A stretch of DNA of 57,038 nucleotides, from positions 1 to 57,038 of the forward strand of contig DDXK01000102.1 of assembly GCA_002347185.1 (NCBI GenBank), given 5' to 3'. A program made the position numbers and the translations under genes. The stretch comes from Desulfobulbaceae bacterium UBA2262. Lineage in GTDB: Bacteria; Desulfobacterota; Desulfobulbia; Desulfobulbales; Desulfurivibrionaceae. Positions 43,519-52,493 of this stretch are shown in pieces. The notes below the pieces were generated by a model. The model was not told where the DNA came from, did not search any database, and saw nothing but the letters and a program-made list of their open reading frames with translations. Numbering within the stretch: position 1 is the stretch's first letter; each line of letters starts with the position of its first letter.

Positions 43519-43853
43519 CCCCACAACCGCCCCTGCCGCTCGTCCGGCTCGGCCGAGCCGAGGATGTTCCAGATCTGCCGCTCGCCGAGCTTGTACTTGC
43601 GGCCCAGCTCGATGGCGGTAATGTCGCCCTGGTCGTAGTCGCGGCGGATACAGCGGTCCCGGTGGCGGCGCAGCCACTTGCCCACCCCGTAGATCCTGAT
43701 GGGGGTGCCGCCGAAAACCTGGGCTATGCGCAGGGCCACGGCCACCCCCACGATCTCGGCCAGCAGGCGCAGGTCGCCGGTCAACTCCTCGATCCCAGGC
43801 AGGGCGTCGTCGGGCAGCTCCACGACACCGAACTCGTTCACCTCGTCGCTCAT
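43515..43853 (-). CDS. mor: Mor-family transcriptional activator
   Basis: 112 aa from ATG 43853; ..LRIAQVFGGTPIRIYGVGKWLRRHRDRCIRRDYDQGDITAIELGRKYKLGERQIWNIL matches the Mor/C family pattern. Confidence 0.8.
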   Translation of the reverse strand: MSDEVNEFGVVELPDDALPGIEELTGDLRLLAEIVGVAVALRIAQVFGGTPIRIYGVGKWLRRHRDRCIRRDYDQGDITAIELGRKYKLGERQIWNILGSAEPDERQGRLWG

Positions 43854-44287
43854 CACTTCCCCTCCCTTGCCCTGCGCAGGCGCGCTTCCAGGTCGGTGAT
43901 GAGCACATGCAGGCTGGCGTGCTCCGTGAGCCACTCGAAGCGGTCCACCCCGAACTGCCTTTTGCAGCGGGCGTGGAGCTTGGCCATGTCGTAACCCAGG
44001 GCCGCCCACATGGCCAGCACCTTGCGCTGCTGGGCGGCGGACGGGCCGGGAGCGACGCGGATGAAGCCATCGTCGCCGGTGGGATTGCGGCGGGGCGCGG
44101 CCCTGCGGGTCTTGGGCTGCCAGCCCCTGGCCCGGAACTTGTTGAGCAGGACGGTGACCTGGCGCGGGGCGAGCTCCTTGGCGCTGGACACCCCGAAGTG
44201 CAGGTGCAGCATGTCCCGGTAGGCCTCGTCGGAAAGGCCCAGCTCCTTCTTGGCGATGTGGATCTTGGCGAGATCGCTCCTGGTCAT
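43853..44287 (-). CDS. gemA: GemA-like regulatory protein (Mu gp16, DUF1018-like)
   Basis: 144 aa from ATG 44287; MTRSDLAKIHIAKKELGLSDEAYRDMLHLHFGVSSAKELAPRQV..LL..F...GW. Confidence 0.8.
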   Translation of the reverse strand: MTRSDLAKIHIAKKELGLSDEAYRDMLHLHFGVSSAKELAPRQVTVLLNKFRARGWQPKTRRAAPRRNPTGDDGFIRVAPGPSAAQQRKVLAMWAALGYDMAKLHARCKRQFGVDRFEWLTEHASLHVLITDLEARLRRAREGK

Positions 44288-44778
44288 TCGTCGTACCCCA
44301 TCAATTTGGCCAGCGGGCTGACGCTGGTCGGGCGTCCGGCCGGGCGGGCGGCATTGCCGGCCAGGGCCTCTTCGTGTTTGCGCTTTTCGCCCTGGGCGTC
44401 CGCCTGATCGGCGAGCTGCCAGGCCACCTGGCGCAGGTAATTGTGGTTGGGCATGGGCAGGCTGAGCCGCTCGCGGCGCTCCACCATCTGGGACATTGCT
44501 TCGGCCCAGAGCCTGGGCGGGCATGGCCGGGCCGGCTGACCCTGGGTCTGGACATGACCGGAGCCGGTCAGTTCGGCCAGTTCGGCGAGCAGGCGGGCCG
44601 CCTTCTTCCAGGAGAGCGCCCGCTTCTCGGGGCGGAACAGGCCCAGGTACGGCAACACCGCGCCTTGCAGCCCTTGGGGCAATCTGGTCATGGCCAGCAT
44701 CGTCTCCCGAGCCTCGGCGTCGTTGAGCCACGCCTCGGCCGAGGCGGTGAGGCCGCAGCCTGGGCAAATCATCCGCAT
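44284..44778 (-). CDS. hypothetical zinc-ribbon protein
   Basis: 164 aa from ATG 44778 (MRMICPGCGLTASAEAWLND...); ATGA-coupled to gemA. Confidence 0.5.
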   Translation of the reverse strand: MRMICPGCGLTASAEAWLNDAEARETMLAMTRLPQGLQGAVLPYLGLFRPEKRALSWKKAARLLAELAELTGSGHVQTQGQPARPCPPRLWAEAMSQMVERRERLSLPMPNHNYLRQVAWQLADQADAQGEKRKHEEALAGNAARPAGRPTSVSPLAKLMGYDE

Positions 44779-45032
44779 ACCACGAAACCTCCGGTCTCGG
44801 CGGTCCGGACGTACTCGTCCAGCCTGGCGAAGATCCGCTCCAGCTCGTCCAGCTCCTGGCCGATCACCGTGGCGTAGGCCACCTCGTATCCCATGGTGGG
44901 CTTCATGTTCCGCAGGCATTGCCTGATATGCTCTATTCTCGCTGTCGGGGTCATTCTCTCGTCCATGCACTTGATTTGTATCTTCACCGGGCACCAGTCG
45001 CACCAGCCGCCGGGGCAGCGCATCATCTCCAC
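44769..45032 (-). CDS. hypothetical early protein
   Basis: 87-aa ORF; the true start may be an internal ATG (MMRC.. or MDERM..). Confidence 0.45.
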   Translation of the reverse strand: MEMMRCPGGWCDWCPVKIQIKCMDERMTPTARIEHIRQCLRNMKPTMGYEVAYATVIGQELDELERIFARLDEYVRTAETGGFVVCG

Positions 45033-45163
45033 CGGCTCACCATCAGCGGCCCGAGCATGAGGTTCCAGCGCAGCGGCGACCAGGCCGGACAGCGCTCAAA
45101 ACCCCAGGCCCGCCAAAATCGCCGGCTCCAGGTGAAGCCGTATTTGCTCCACGGCACGATCAT
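45023..45163 (-). CDS. candidate 46-aa Trp/Arg-rich micro-ORF (not in ORF track)
   Basis: MIVPWSKYGFTWSRRFWRAWGFERCPAWSPLRWNLMLGPLMVSRWR by hand translation; ATGA overlap with the upstream 71-aa gene and TGATG overlap with the downstream gene; high GC3. Confidence 0.3.
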   Translation of the reverse strand: MIVPWSKYGFTWSRRFWRAWGFERCPAWSPLRWNLMLGPLMVSRWR

Positions 45164-45375
45164 GTCTTGCTCCACTTGCATTTTTCACAGGCAGCCATCC
45201 TGCCTCTGTTCCTCCGGCACCACTCAACCGTTGCTCCGGCAAGATAGCCGGTGGCGGGGTAGGCCTGGCAGCCGATCAGTCGCACCCCGGTTTCGCGCGG
45301 GCGCGGCTTGACCACCACCGGCCGGGGCCTGGCCGGTCTTGCTTCCTCGTCTCGCTCGATTGGTTCCGCGCTCAT
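45160..45375 (-). CDS. hypothetical small early protein
   Basis: 71 aa; basic/Pro-rich N-terminus and a Cys-containing C-terminus. Confidence 0.4.
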   Translation of the reverse strand: MSAEPIERDEEARPARPRPVVVKPRPRETGVRLIGCQAYPATGYLAGATVEWCRRNRGRMAACEKCKWSKT

Positions 45376-45395
45376 GTCACCTGACTTATCATCTG

Positions 45396-45764
45396 TTAGC
45401 CGCCATGAATCACACGCCCTACAGGCTTGAGTCCATAGAGCTGTTTTGCCGTTGCCGCCTTCACTGCCCGGTCATGGCACAGAATCTTGTTGTGCATCAG
45501 CTTCACCAGGGCAGAAACCCGTCCATGCGCCGCACTTCCGAGTGCGTTATCGCTATCCTCAGCCAAATTAAGCAAATGTTCGGTTGCCTCTCCCATCAGT
45601 TCAAAAGCCTGGTTTATTTGCTGGGTGGCGGTCTCCCATCGCGTAATTGCTCGCTCCATTTTTGTGAGCGCCCATTCCAGCTCTGCCGCCTGGTGCCGCA
45701 CTTCATCATCCTCGCGGGCTTCTGCCGGGCCAATGCCTTGTTGCATCAAGTCTGCACGGTCCAT
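45396..45764 (-). CDS. hypothetical early protein
   Basis: 122 aa, helical. Confidence 0.5.
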   Translation of the reverse strand: MDRADLMQQGIGPAEAREDDEVRHQAAELEWALTKMERAITRWETATQQINQAFELMGEATEHLLNLAEDSDNALGSAAHGRVSALVKLMHNKILCHDRAVKAATAKQLYGLKPVGRVIHGG

Positions 45765-45925
45765 AAGTACCTCCAGCAGCGGCTAACAAATCAATCAACT
45801 CGGACAGGCATTCCGCTGCGCTCCATGCCTGCCGGTTATTTCAGTCGTTATAAGCGGCTGCTCGTCAGACCCAGGCCGCCACGCCTGGATGACCTGGGCA
45901 CAAGCCCAGGTTTCGCGGGGGGGGG

Positions 45926-46192
45926 TTAGAGCATCCGGAGTTCCGGCTTGCCGGCCGCCTGGGCCACCGAATTGACGACGACTGCCGCCCTTGCCAGCTC
46001 CTGGTGCGAGGCGATCGCCTTTTCGAGCAGCTCGGATGCCTGGCCGCAATCGAAATCCATGGCCGCCACGCCGCTGACGCTGGTGTCGATGGTTTGCCGG
46101 ATCAGCCGGGAGAGGTCGCCGAGAATACGATTGCGCTCCCTGGCCGCTATTTCAAGCTCCGCCGTGTATCTGCCCAATGCTTCATAGTCCAT
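45926..46192 (-). CDS. hypothetical early protein
   Basis: 88 aa, helical. Confidence 0.5.
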   Translation of the reverse strand: MDYEALGRYTAELEIAARERNRILGDLSRLIRQTIDTSVSGVAAMDFDCGQASELLEKAIASHQELARAAVVVNSVAQAAGKPELRML

Positions 46193-46203
46193 GCCGGTCT
46201 CCT

Positions 46204-46989
46204 TTATATGCCCGAAAAATCAAGCGGTATCTGCTGGTAGTTGCCGCGCTCGTCCCGCTCATAGAGGCGGAAGTAGGTGCGGCTGCCGGTGACGGTGAGG
46301 GCGTCGCCGATGGCCTCCATGGCCCGCAGCCAGGTGGGATCCTTGATGTTGAGCTTGCGCAGGCCCAGGATGCGCTTGGCGTTGATCTTGCCCTTCTTGT
46401 CCACCTGGAAGGCCTGGTCGATGAGGGCCTTGATCTCCACCCGGCTGTCGCGGGTCCACTCGCGCAGACACTCGTCGATCAGGGCCTTGGCCGCCTGGAG
46501 GTTTTCGTCGAAGTCGAGCTGGTCGCTGATGGCCCGCAGCACCTGGTACTTGCCGTCGAAGCTGGTCAGGGTCACGTTGCCCCTGGCCCCGCCCAGCCTG
46601 GCCTGGTACTTCTCGGCGGCCAGCTCCAGGAAGGCCTGCATGTCGTCGGAGAGGGACAGCTTGAAGGCCGCCACCTGCTCGGCGATCCTGCGGGCCTGCT
46701 CGATGCTGGCCAGCACGAACTCGTCGCGGGCCAGGTCCTCCTCCTTGATCGCCTCGATGGGCACCAGGTGCCCCACGGCGTTCTTCTTGTACCCCTCGGG
46801 GGTCTGCTCTTCCATGCTCTTGCCTCCGTAGATTTCGAGCACCTTGGCCGCTATCGCCTCGGTGCCGCCGTTGTAGTTGCCGGTCAGGGCCGCGCTCACG
46901 GCCGCCGGCGAATACCCTATCCTGCGGGCCACAGCCGCCTGGCTGCCCTCGGCCCAGGCCGCCTTACGCAGCAGGCTTTTCCAGCCCAT
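46204..46989 (-). CDS. HTH segment fused in frame to a DUF3164-like Mu early protein
   Basis: 261 aa from ATG 46989 (GGGAGGGG RBS). The first 58 aa look like a separate HTH protein (..QAAVARRIGYSPAAVSAALTGNYNG..). An internal ATG at 46815 has its own GGAGG RBS and starts the DUF3164-like part (MEEQTPEGYKKNAVGHLVPIEAIKEEDLARDEFV...). Confidence 0.65.
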   Translation of the reverse strand: MGWKSLLRKAAWAEGSQAAVARRIGYSPAAVSAALTGNYNGGTEAIAAKVLEIYGGKSMEEQTPEGYKKNAVGHLVPIEAIKEEDLARDEFVLASIEQARRIAEQVAAFKLSLSDDMQAFLELAAEKYQARLGGARGNVTLTSFDGKYQVLRAISDQLDFDENLQAAKALIDECLREWTRDSRVEIKALIDQAFQVDKKGKINAKRILGLRKLNIKDPTWLRAMEAIGDALTVTGSRTYFRLYERDERGNYQQIPLDFSGI

Positions 46990-47323
46990 CGGCCACCCCT
47001 CCCAAATGCCTCTTGATCTTGGCGGCCGCCACCTCGATGGTGACCAGGGTCTGCCGGAGCTCGTTGACTCGGATCGGCTCACCATTCTCCATCCTGGTGA
47101 TCAGCTCCACCAGGCCGTCGAGCCGGTGCGCCGCCTGGCGCTCCTCGACGCCCAGCATCTGCCGGGCCTGGCGCTGGATGTTGCACAGCGCCCTGGCCGC
47201 ATCCTCGCGGCCCTGGATCAGGCCGCCGAAACCGGCCTGGGCGGCGAGCACGTCGTCGATGATCTGCCGGGCGATCTCGCCCACGCTGCGTTCCGGCCTG
47301 TATAAAACCTTGCATGCACCCAT
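46964..47323 (-). CDS. hypothetical early protein
   Basis: 119 aa. Confidence 0.45.
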   Translation of the reverse strand: MGACKVLYRPERSVGEIARQIIDDVLAAQAGFGGLIQGREDAARALCNIQRQARQMLGVEERQAAHRLDGLVELITRMENGEPIRVNELRQTLVTIEVAAAKIKRHLGGVADGLEKPAA

Positions 47324-47355
47324 ATCAATCCTCCATTGTTATCCGTTGTCAGCCG

Positions 47356-47808
47356 TTACTGGCCGTTGTTATCCGTTGCCTGCCGCAGCTCAGCCTCTAT
47401 CTCGACCGCCGCCCGGTAGTCGCGGATCTCTTCCGCGCAGATCCCGAACATGGCGACCAGCTCGTCCAGCTCCTGGCCGGCGATGGCCGGGGCATCGAGC
47501 TTTGCGGCCAGGTGGTCGCAGGCGGCGGTGAGGATACCGTACATTCGCAGGCGGCGACGATCGGCGACCGACCCCTCGGCGGGCTCCGGCAGCGGCCCCT
47601 GCTCCTCGCCCGTGGCCAGGAAGACAACCCCGGCCTCGATCTTTTCCAGGTGGCTCCGGAGCCATTTGCCCCACGGCGGGGTCAGGGTGCCGTTGAGGGC
47701 GTGCCGCACGGCCTGCATGTCCTCCTGCACACCCTTCGCCACCCGTTCATACTTCTCGCGGCAGGAGGGCGCCAGGCTGATCGGGGTTATCATCTTTTTG
47801 TCGCCCAT
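47356..47808 (-). CDS. hypothetical early protein
   Basis: 150 aa from ATG 47808 (GGAGGA RBS); the longer ORF-track frame to 48630 is a shadow of the genes upstream. Confidence 0.55.
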   Translation of the reverse strand: MGDKKMITPISLAPSCREKYERVAKGVQEDMQAVRHALNGTLTPPWGKWLRSHLEKIEAGVVFLATGEEQGPLPEPAEGSVADRRRLRMYGILTAACDHLAAKLDAPAIAGQELDELVAMFGICAEEIRDYRAAVEIEAELRQATDNNGQ

Positions 47809-47810
47809 GT

Positions 47811-48374
47811 TCAGTCCTCCATTTCTTTCAATATGGTTCGCACCCTGCCCATGGCCTCGCTGATGTCGTCCAGGGCGGTGGTGATCTGCTGCTTCTTCTT
47901 TCTGCGCAGCAGCTTGAGCGCCTCGGCCTTCTCGGTGTCTTCCGGCATTTCCACGCTGTCTTTGAGCAGTTGCCAGAGGCGGGGCTTGTTGCCGCCGCCC
48001 TGGTAGTGCTTGCGCACCACCCCGCGCCGCTCCAGCATGTACAGCCACTCGGCCGCATACTCCCGCGAGGCTCCGGCCATCTCCATGAGGTCCTCCAGCG
48101 TGACGCTGCGGCGCATCCGCAAGATCCGCCACATCACGGCCCGGATCTCCGCCGGCCTCTTGCGGTCGGCTGGGGAGTAAACCCCCTGCCGCACCCGGGC
48201 GACCCGGCCGGAGAGCTTGAGGTCCGAGAGGGTGTTGAGCATCCGCTTGTGTTCGAGGGTGGTCTGGAGCATCAGCGCGTCGGAGAGGTCGGTTACCGTC
48301 ACCTCGCCGGATCCGTCCTGGGCCAAAACGACAAGGGTGTCGAGCACCTTCTGTGCAAATGAGGCATTCGCCAT
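47811..48374 (-). CDS. hypothetical early protein (possible tandem winged-helix)
   Basis: 187 aa directly downstream of the B-like gene. Confidence 0.5.
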   Translation of the reverse strand: MANASFAQKVLDTLVVLAQDGSGEVTVTDLSDALMLQTTLEHKRMLNTLSDLKLSGRVARVRQGVYSPADRKRPAEIRAVMWRILRMRRSVTLEDLMEMAGASREYAAEWLYMLERRGVVRKHYQGGGNKPRLWQLLKDSVEMPEDTEKAEALKLLRRKKKQQITTALDDISEAMGRVRTILKEMED

Positions 48375-48377
48375 GGC

Positions 48378-49100
48378 TCACCCCCTCAGGCTCTGTTTGA
48401 TCGCCAGCTTGGTCAGCTCCAGGTTCGGAGCCGCCGCCCGCTTGGCGTTCATGATGTTGGCCAGGTTTTGCAGGTCGCGCTTGATCACCCGGAAGCAGCC
48501 CGCTGAGTTCCGCAGGAGCAGTTCGGCCACGTCTTCCGGCAGGCCGAGGCCGGCCGCTTCCCTGGCGAAGACCACCGTGTCCGCCACGTCCAGCGCCTCG
48601 AACTGCAACAGCTGGAAGGTGCGGTTCCACATGCGGCGCACCTGTTTCAGGTGGTGCTCAAGCTCCTCCTCGCCGATCAGGACGAAGGGGGCGGTGGAGA
48701 TGTCTGACAGGTCGCGGACCAGCTCCAGGTGCATCCTGGGCAGCTTTTCGATCTCCTCGATGAACACCGGCCGGCCGCCCTGCTGGTTGAGCGCCTCGAT
48801 CACCGCCGCGAAGGCCGGGTCCTTCCGGTGCGGGATCCTCTTGACTCCCAGCTCGTAGCAGAGCTTCTGCAAAAAGCCCAGTTCGCTGTGGCGCCAGATC
48901 GAAAGGCAGCGCACGAAGGTGCATTCGTTGTTACCTGCATACCATTGCGCCGTCCTGGTCTTGCCGCGCCCGGCCGGCCCGACCACCGCCGCCAGTCTGC
49001 CCTCCCCGGCGGAGAGGGCCAAGGCGTCGGCCATGGCCAGAAAGTTGCGGACATTGCGAACCTTGTTGACAAATTTCGGCGAAACACTTACTTCTTTCAC
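48378..49100 (-). CDS. MuB-like AAA+ ATPase / DNA transposition protein B
   Basis: 240 aa; Walker A GPAGRGKT; position immediately after the transposase. Confidence 0.8.
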   Translation of the reverse strand: MKEVSVSPKFVNKVRNVRNFLAMADALALSAGEGRLAAVVGPAGRGKTRTAQWYAGNNECTFVRCLSIWRHSELGFLQKLCYELGVKRIPHRKDPAFAAVIEALNQQGGRPVFIEEIEKLPRMHLELVRDLSDISTAPFVLIGEEELEHHLKQVRRMWNRTFQLLQFEALDVADTVVFAREAAGLGLPEDVAELLLRNSAGCFRVIKRDLQNLANIMNAKRAAAPNLELTKLAIKQSLRG

Positions 49101-49129
49101 TCATACCTCCTTGCAAAATGGTTAAGGGG

Positions 49130-51301
49130 TTACTCTTCGGCGGCTGCGTCACCAGCCGCCTTTTCTTTTTGCCCGTAGACGATGGCCAGCGCCGCGCGGC
49201 GGCTGGTCCAATAATCATCGCGCTTGTATTCGTCGCTCTGCTCGTACAGCCGCAGGAATGTCCGGTGCTCTGCGGAAAGCTCCTCGCCCTTCATCTCCAT
49301 CTCCATCAACCGCCCGTAGCGGTCGGACTCGCTCAGGTAGGCCAGCTCCTCATTGAGCGCCGCCTGCTCGGCCTCGGCAAACATCCGCCCGGCCTCTTCC
49401 GCTTCTTCTATCCTCGCCGCGATCTCTTCCCGGCTGAGCTGCTTGTGCTCTATGGATTTCGGCTCAGCCTTCGGCGTCATGCCAAGCATGCCGATCTGCT
49501 CCATCTGGAGCTGATGGGCCGGCATGACCTCCTGTTCCAGCAACGCCTTGGCGCTGCCGGCCGCGGCCCGCTCCTGGCCGCGCTTCTGCTCGATGTGCCG
49601 GCGCAGGGCCGCTTTGTCGTCCTCGTCGCCCAGATGGGCCGCCGCCGGGTGAACCTTCTCCATGGGCGTCGCCTCGCAGAGGTATTCCCCGTCCTGGTCG
49701 TACACATATATGGATGCCTGGTCGAGCAGGTCGAAGCGAATGGTCACCTTGTGGCGGCGGTTGGCGAGGGCCGGGTGGTAGTAGTGGCGGCCCTGGAAGG
49801 TGATGCCGTTGCGGTGGATGTGCTTGATCTCCACGCTCATCATCAGGAAGGCCAGCTCCGCCTTGTCCACCCCAGGTCCCCGCCCAGCCTCGAATACTTC
49901 CTGGGGGCAGGCTCCGGCCAGGTGGCCGCGCTGGGGACGGCTGGCGTAAACGTCGAACCAGGCCGCAATGGCCATGTGCGCCTGCTCCATGGTGACACAG
50001 AAGCCCTCGCCGTGCGCCTTCTCATGGATGCGGCGGTGGACCGTCTCGCCGCGCATCATCCTGGGCGGCTTGCGCTCGATGGACGTGCCGGTGTAGGTCG
50101 GGCACCAGCGCTCCAGCTCGGCGAAGGTGCCGAAGAAGCGCTCCACGGTCTTGCTCTGCCCGTGGTAGGGCCAGGCGAAGATGGTCTGGCAGCCGATCCG
50201 CTCGTAAAGGCCCGAGTAACCGGCCTCGTCGAACCCGGCCGACCCGGCGAAAAACCTGCTCTTGAAGGCCTTGCCGTTGTCCAGATAGACCACCCTCGGG
50301 TATTTGCCCAGGCGCAGGATGGCGCGGCGCAGGGCGCTGGAGATGGCCTGCGTGTTTTCGGTGGGCATCAGCTCCCAGCCCAGGGGCATGTTGCTGGCCA
50401 TATCATAAAAGAGAATCATGGCCATGCGTTTTGGCTTGCCTGTCCAGGGATTCAGGATTTCAAAATTGAGGTTGTGGCCGTCCGCCACGATCACGTCGCC
50501 CACATTGAGCAGGCTCATGTCGCGCTCGATGTACATGGCGCACTTGTCGTTCCAGGCCTTGGCCCCTTCGCGGGTAAAAACCCAGAGGTCGTAGTGGGTC
50601 GAGACCCAGCCGCGCAGCCAGCGGCGATAGGTGGCGGCGCTGTGGCCGTTGGCGATCCCCTTCACCCGCATGGCCGCGTGTGCCATACGGATTGCCTCGG
50701 AGACGCGGGGGCGGTTTGGCCGCAACACGCAGCGCAGCAGGATGTCGGTCTGCTCAGGAGTGAGGCCACAAGAGCCACGGCGGGCGCGGCCGCGCAGGTC
50801 CGCCAGGGCGAATATGTCGCCGCCGTGCGTGGCCAGCTTCCGCCGCCACTCCTCGATGGTCTTCCAGGAGGCCACCGGCCCGAGCTGCTTATAGAGATGC
50901 GGCCATGGTACACCTGAGTTGTAGGCGACCACGAACTCGTCGCGGGCCTGGCCCCGCCTCCCCCATGGGGATGAGGCCAAGTGTCTCGTGTAGAGGCGCA
51001 GCAGGTCGGCCCTGGCTATGGCCCCCTGGATGCGGGTTTCGTCCAGGGCGGGCAGCGGGGCCGGGGGAGCGGCAGGGTCTTTCTCGGCGGCCAGGGCCAC
51101 GGGCAAGGGTTGGGCGGCGAGCTGACCGCGGACCTTGCGCAGCTCGATCTTGGAGAGCGGCAGGGAGGCAAGCTCGTAGACGTTGCCGCCGCCCTTGACG
51201 CGATCGACCGGCTCCGACCAGGATGACGCCGAGGCCCTTTTGCGGACGGCACGCTCTGATATCCCAAGGGCGGCTGCTATCTCTGCGGTGGTGACCTTCA
51301 T
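49130..51301 (-). CDS. MuA-like DDE transposase
   Basis: 723 aa; N-terminal HTH (TTAEIAAALGISERAVRKRA), rve-type core (..VIVADGHNLNF...ILFYDMASNMPLGWEL...VVYLDNGKAFKS..) and a Mu-transposase C-terminal region. Confidence 0.9.
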   Translation of the reverse strand: MKVTTAEIAAALGISERAVRKRASASSWSEPVDRVKGGGNVYELASLPLSKIELRKVRGQLAAQPLPVALAAEKDPAAPPAPLPALDETRIQGAIARADLLRLYTRHLASSPWGRRGQARDEFVVAYNSGVPWPHLYKQLGPVASWKTIEEWRRKLATHGGDIFALADLRGRARRGSCGLTPEQTDILLRCVLRPNRPRVSEAIRMAHAAMRVKGIANGHSAATYRRWLRGWVSTHYDLWVFTREGAKAWNDKCAMYIERDMSLLNVGDVIVADGHNLNFEILNPWTGKPKRMAMILFYDMASNMPLGWELMPTENTQAISSALRRAILRLGKYPRVVYLDNGKAFKSRFFAGSAGFDEAGYSGLYERIGCQTIFAWPYHGQSKTVERFFGTFAELERWCPTYTGTSIERKPPRMMRGETVHRRIHEKAHGEGFCVTMEQAHMAIAAWFDVYASRPQRGHLAGACPQEVFEAGRGPGVDKAELAFLMMSVEIKHIHRNGITFQGRHYYHPALANRRHKVTIRFDLLDQASIYVYDQDGEYLCEATPMEKVHPAAAHLGDEDDKAALRRHIEQKRGQERAAAGSAKALLEQEVMPAHQLQMEQIGMLGMTPKAEPKSIEHKQLSREEIAARIEEAEEAGRMFAEAEQAALNEELAYLSESDRYGRLMEMEMKGEELSAEHRTFLRLYEQSDEYKRDDYWTSRRAALAIVYGQKEKAAGDAAAEE

Positions 51302-51777
51302 TTCTCCATCTCCCGCAAAAAGAGTTCACGCTTGCGCTTCTCGCGGCCGATCTGCCGAGCTTCTTCGTCCAGTTTTTGTATCTCGGCCCGCAGCGCGTCC
51401 GGCCCCGGCAACGCGAACAGCCCGGCGACCTCGGCCAGCACCCGGAGCGGGCCGTTATCCTCGGTAACCATGCAGAAAGTCGGAAGGAATTCAGCCGGCA
51501 TCCGGTGCCCGTCCTTTGATTCCGCTGTCCAGGCGTCCACCATGAACTTGCTGACCTCTTGCCCCAGCAAGTGGCTCATCTTTCCGGCTATCTCCCAGCG
51601 GGACAAAGGACACTGCTTGATCGCCGAGCACAAAGCCGTCCGCAGCCGCTCGCGCACGTTCCCGGAGCCTTCGCATGGCTGATCCCTCCTGGCCGACTCT
51701 GCCGCCTGTGTCAACAGTGCGAACAGGCTCAATTGCTCCTGCCTTTTCATGTCTACTTTTTTGCGGTTTTTAGCCAT
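51298..51777 (-). CDS. hypothetical early protein between ner and transposase
   Basis: 159 aa; overlaps the ner stop and the A start. Confidence 0.5.
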   Translation of the reverse strand: MAKNRKKVDMKRQEQLSLFALLTQAAESARRDQPCEGSGNVRERLRTALCSAIKQCPLSRWEIAGKMSHLLGQEVSKFMVDAWTAESKDGHRMPAEFLPTFCMVTEDNGPLRVLAEVAGLFALPGPDALRAEIQKLDEEARQIGREKRKRELFLREMEK

Positions 51778-52084
51778 TGACCGCTTTCCGCCGCGCTGAT
51801 ACTGTGTGATTATTCAGAAACCTGGCCTTGAGTTTGCTCTCGTAATCGCCGCGCTTCCGGTTGATCTCGCATTCGATCAATGGCCGCAGGTGCCGGGCCG
51901 CGCGCGGGCCGAAGCATTGCTCAACCGCCAGGCCGAGATAAGCGGCGACCGCCGCCTGAATGTGCGCGGTCGCGCGGGTGCCCTTCACGGTCTTCTGAAC
52001 CGCGTGCCAGTTGAGGCTCAATGTCTCGCCCAGCGCGCGCATGCTGATGCCGCGCGCCTTAAAGAGTCGTTGGAGGTCGTTCAT
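51770..52084 (-). CDS. ner: Ner-like HTH regulator
   Basis: 104 aa; ..LFKARGISMRALGETLSLNWHAVQKTVKG......IQAAVAAYLG.. Ner/Nlp-type HTH; first recognisable gene of the leftward early operon. Confidence 0.7.
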   Translation of the reverse strand: MNDLQRLFKARGISMRALGETLSLNWHAVQKTVKGTRATAHIQAAVAAYLGLAVEQCFGPRAARHLRPLIECEINRKRGDYESKLKARFLNNHTVSARRKAVNG

Positions 52085-52493
52085 GGTGTTGGGTTCTCCT
52101 GCCGGCAGACCTGAAAATGTAAAAACCGAACTGGGTGCGATCGCCGTGTGTATCGCATCAATGGTGGCTTTTTTGTCCGTCTCCGCCTGGACTCGGACAT
52201 TGTTCGCCGTCTCCTATGAGTGGTGGGGCCTTCTTCTCGGCGGCGTGGTGTGGTTGACCATCGTTGCCCAGCGCATGATGAAGCTGCATATTGAGCGCAT
52301 GGAGCTGGCGAATCATCTCCTGATAGCCGAGAATCAAGGCAAGACTGTGGACAGATACCGCACGCAGGTGGAGCTCCAGATCAAGACGCTGGAGATCCTG
52401 AATGCCAACATGCTTGCGCTGAACTCTGTGCAACAGCCAAATACAGAAGAAGGCCACGGCGAAAATCAAACGCCCAATCCAGGCGTCGGGTAG
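52083..52493 (+). CDS. candidate membrane/coiled-coil protein in the immunity region, co-directional with the repressor
   Basis: 136 aa from ATG 52083 (GGAGG 6 nt upstream). It has two TM-like segments and then heptad-like MMKLHIERMELANHLLIAENQG...VELQIKTLEILNANML. By hand count GC3 is about 70 percent, against about 58 percent for the antisense ORF 52158..52514. Confidence 0.45.
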   Translation: MVLGSPAGRPENVKTELGAIAVCIASMVAFLSVSAWTRTLFAVSYEWWGLLLGGVVWLTIVAQRMMKLHIERMELANHLLIAENQGKTVDRYRTQVELQIKTLEILNANMLALNSVQQPNTEEGHGENQTPNPGVG

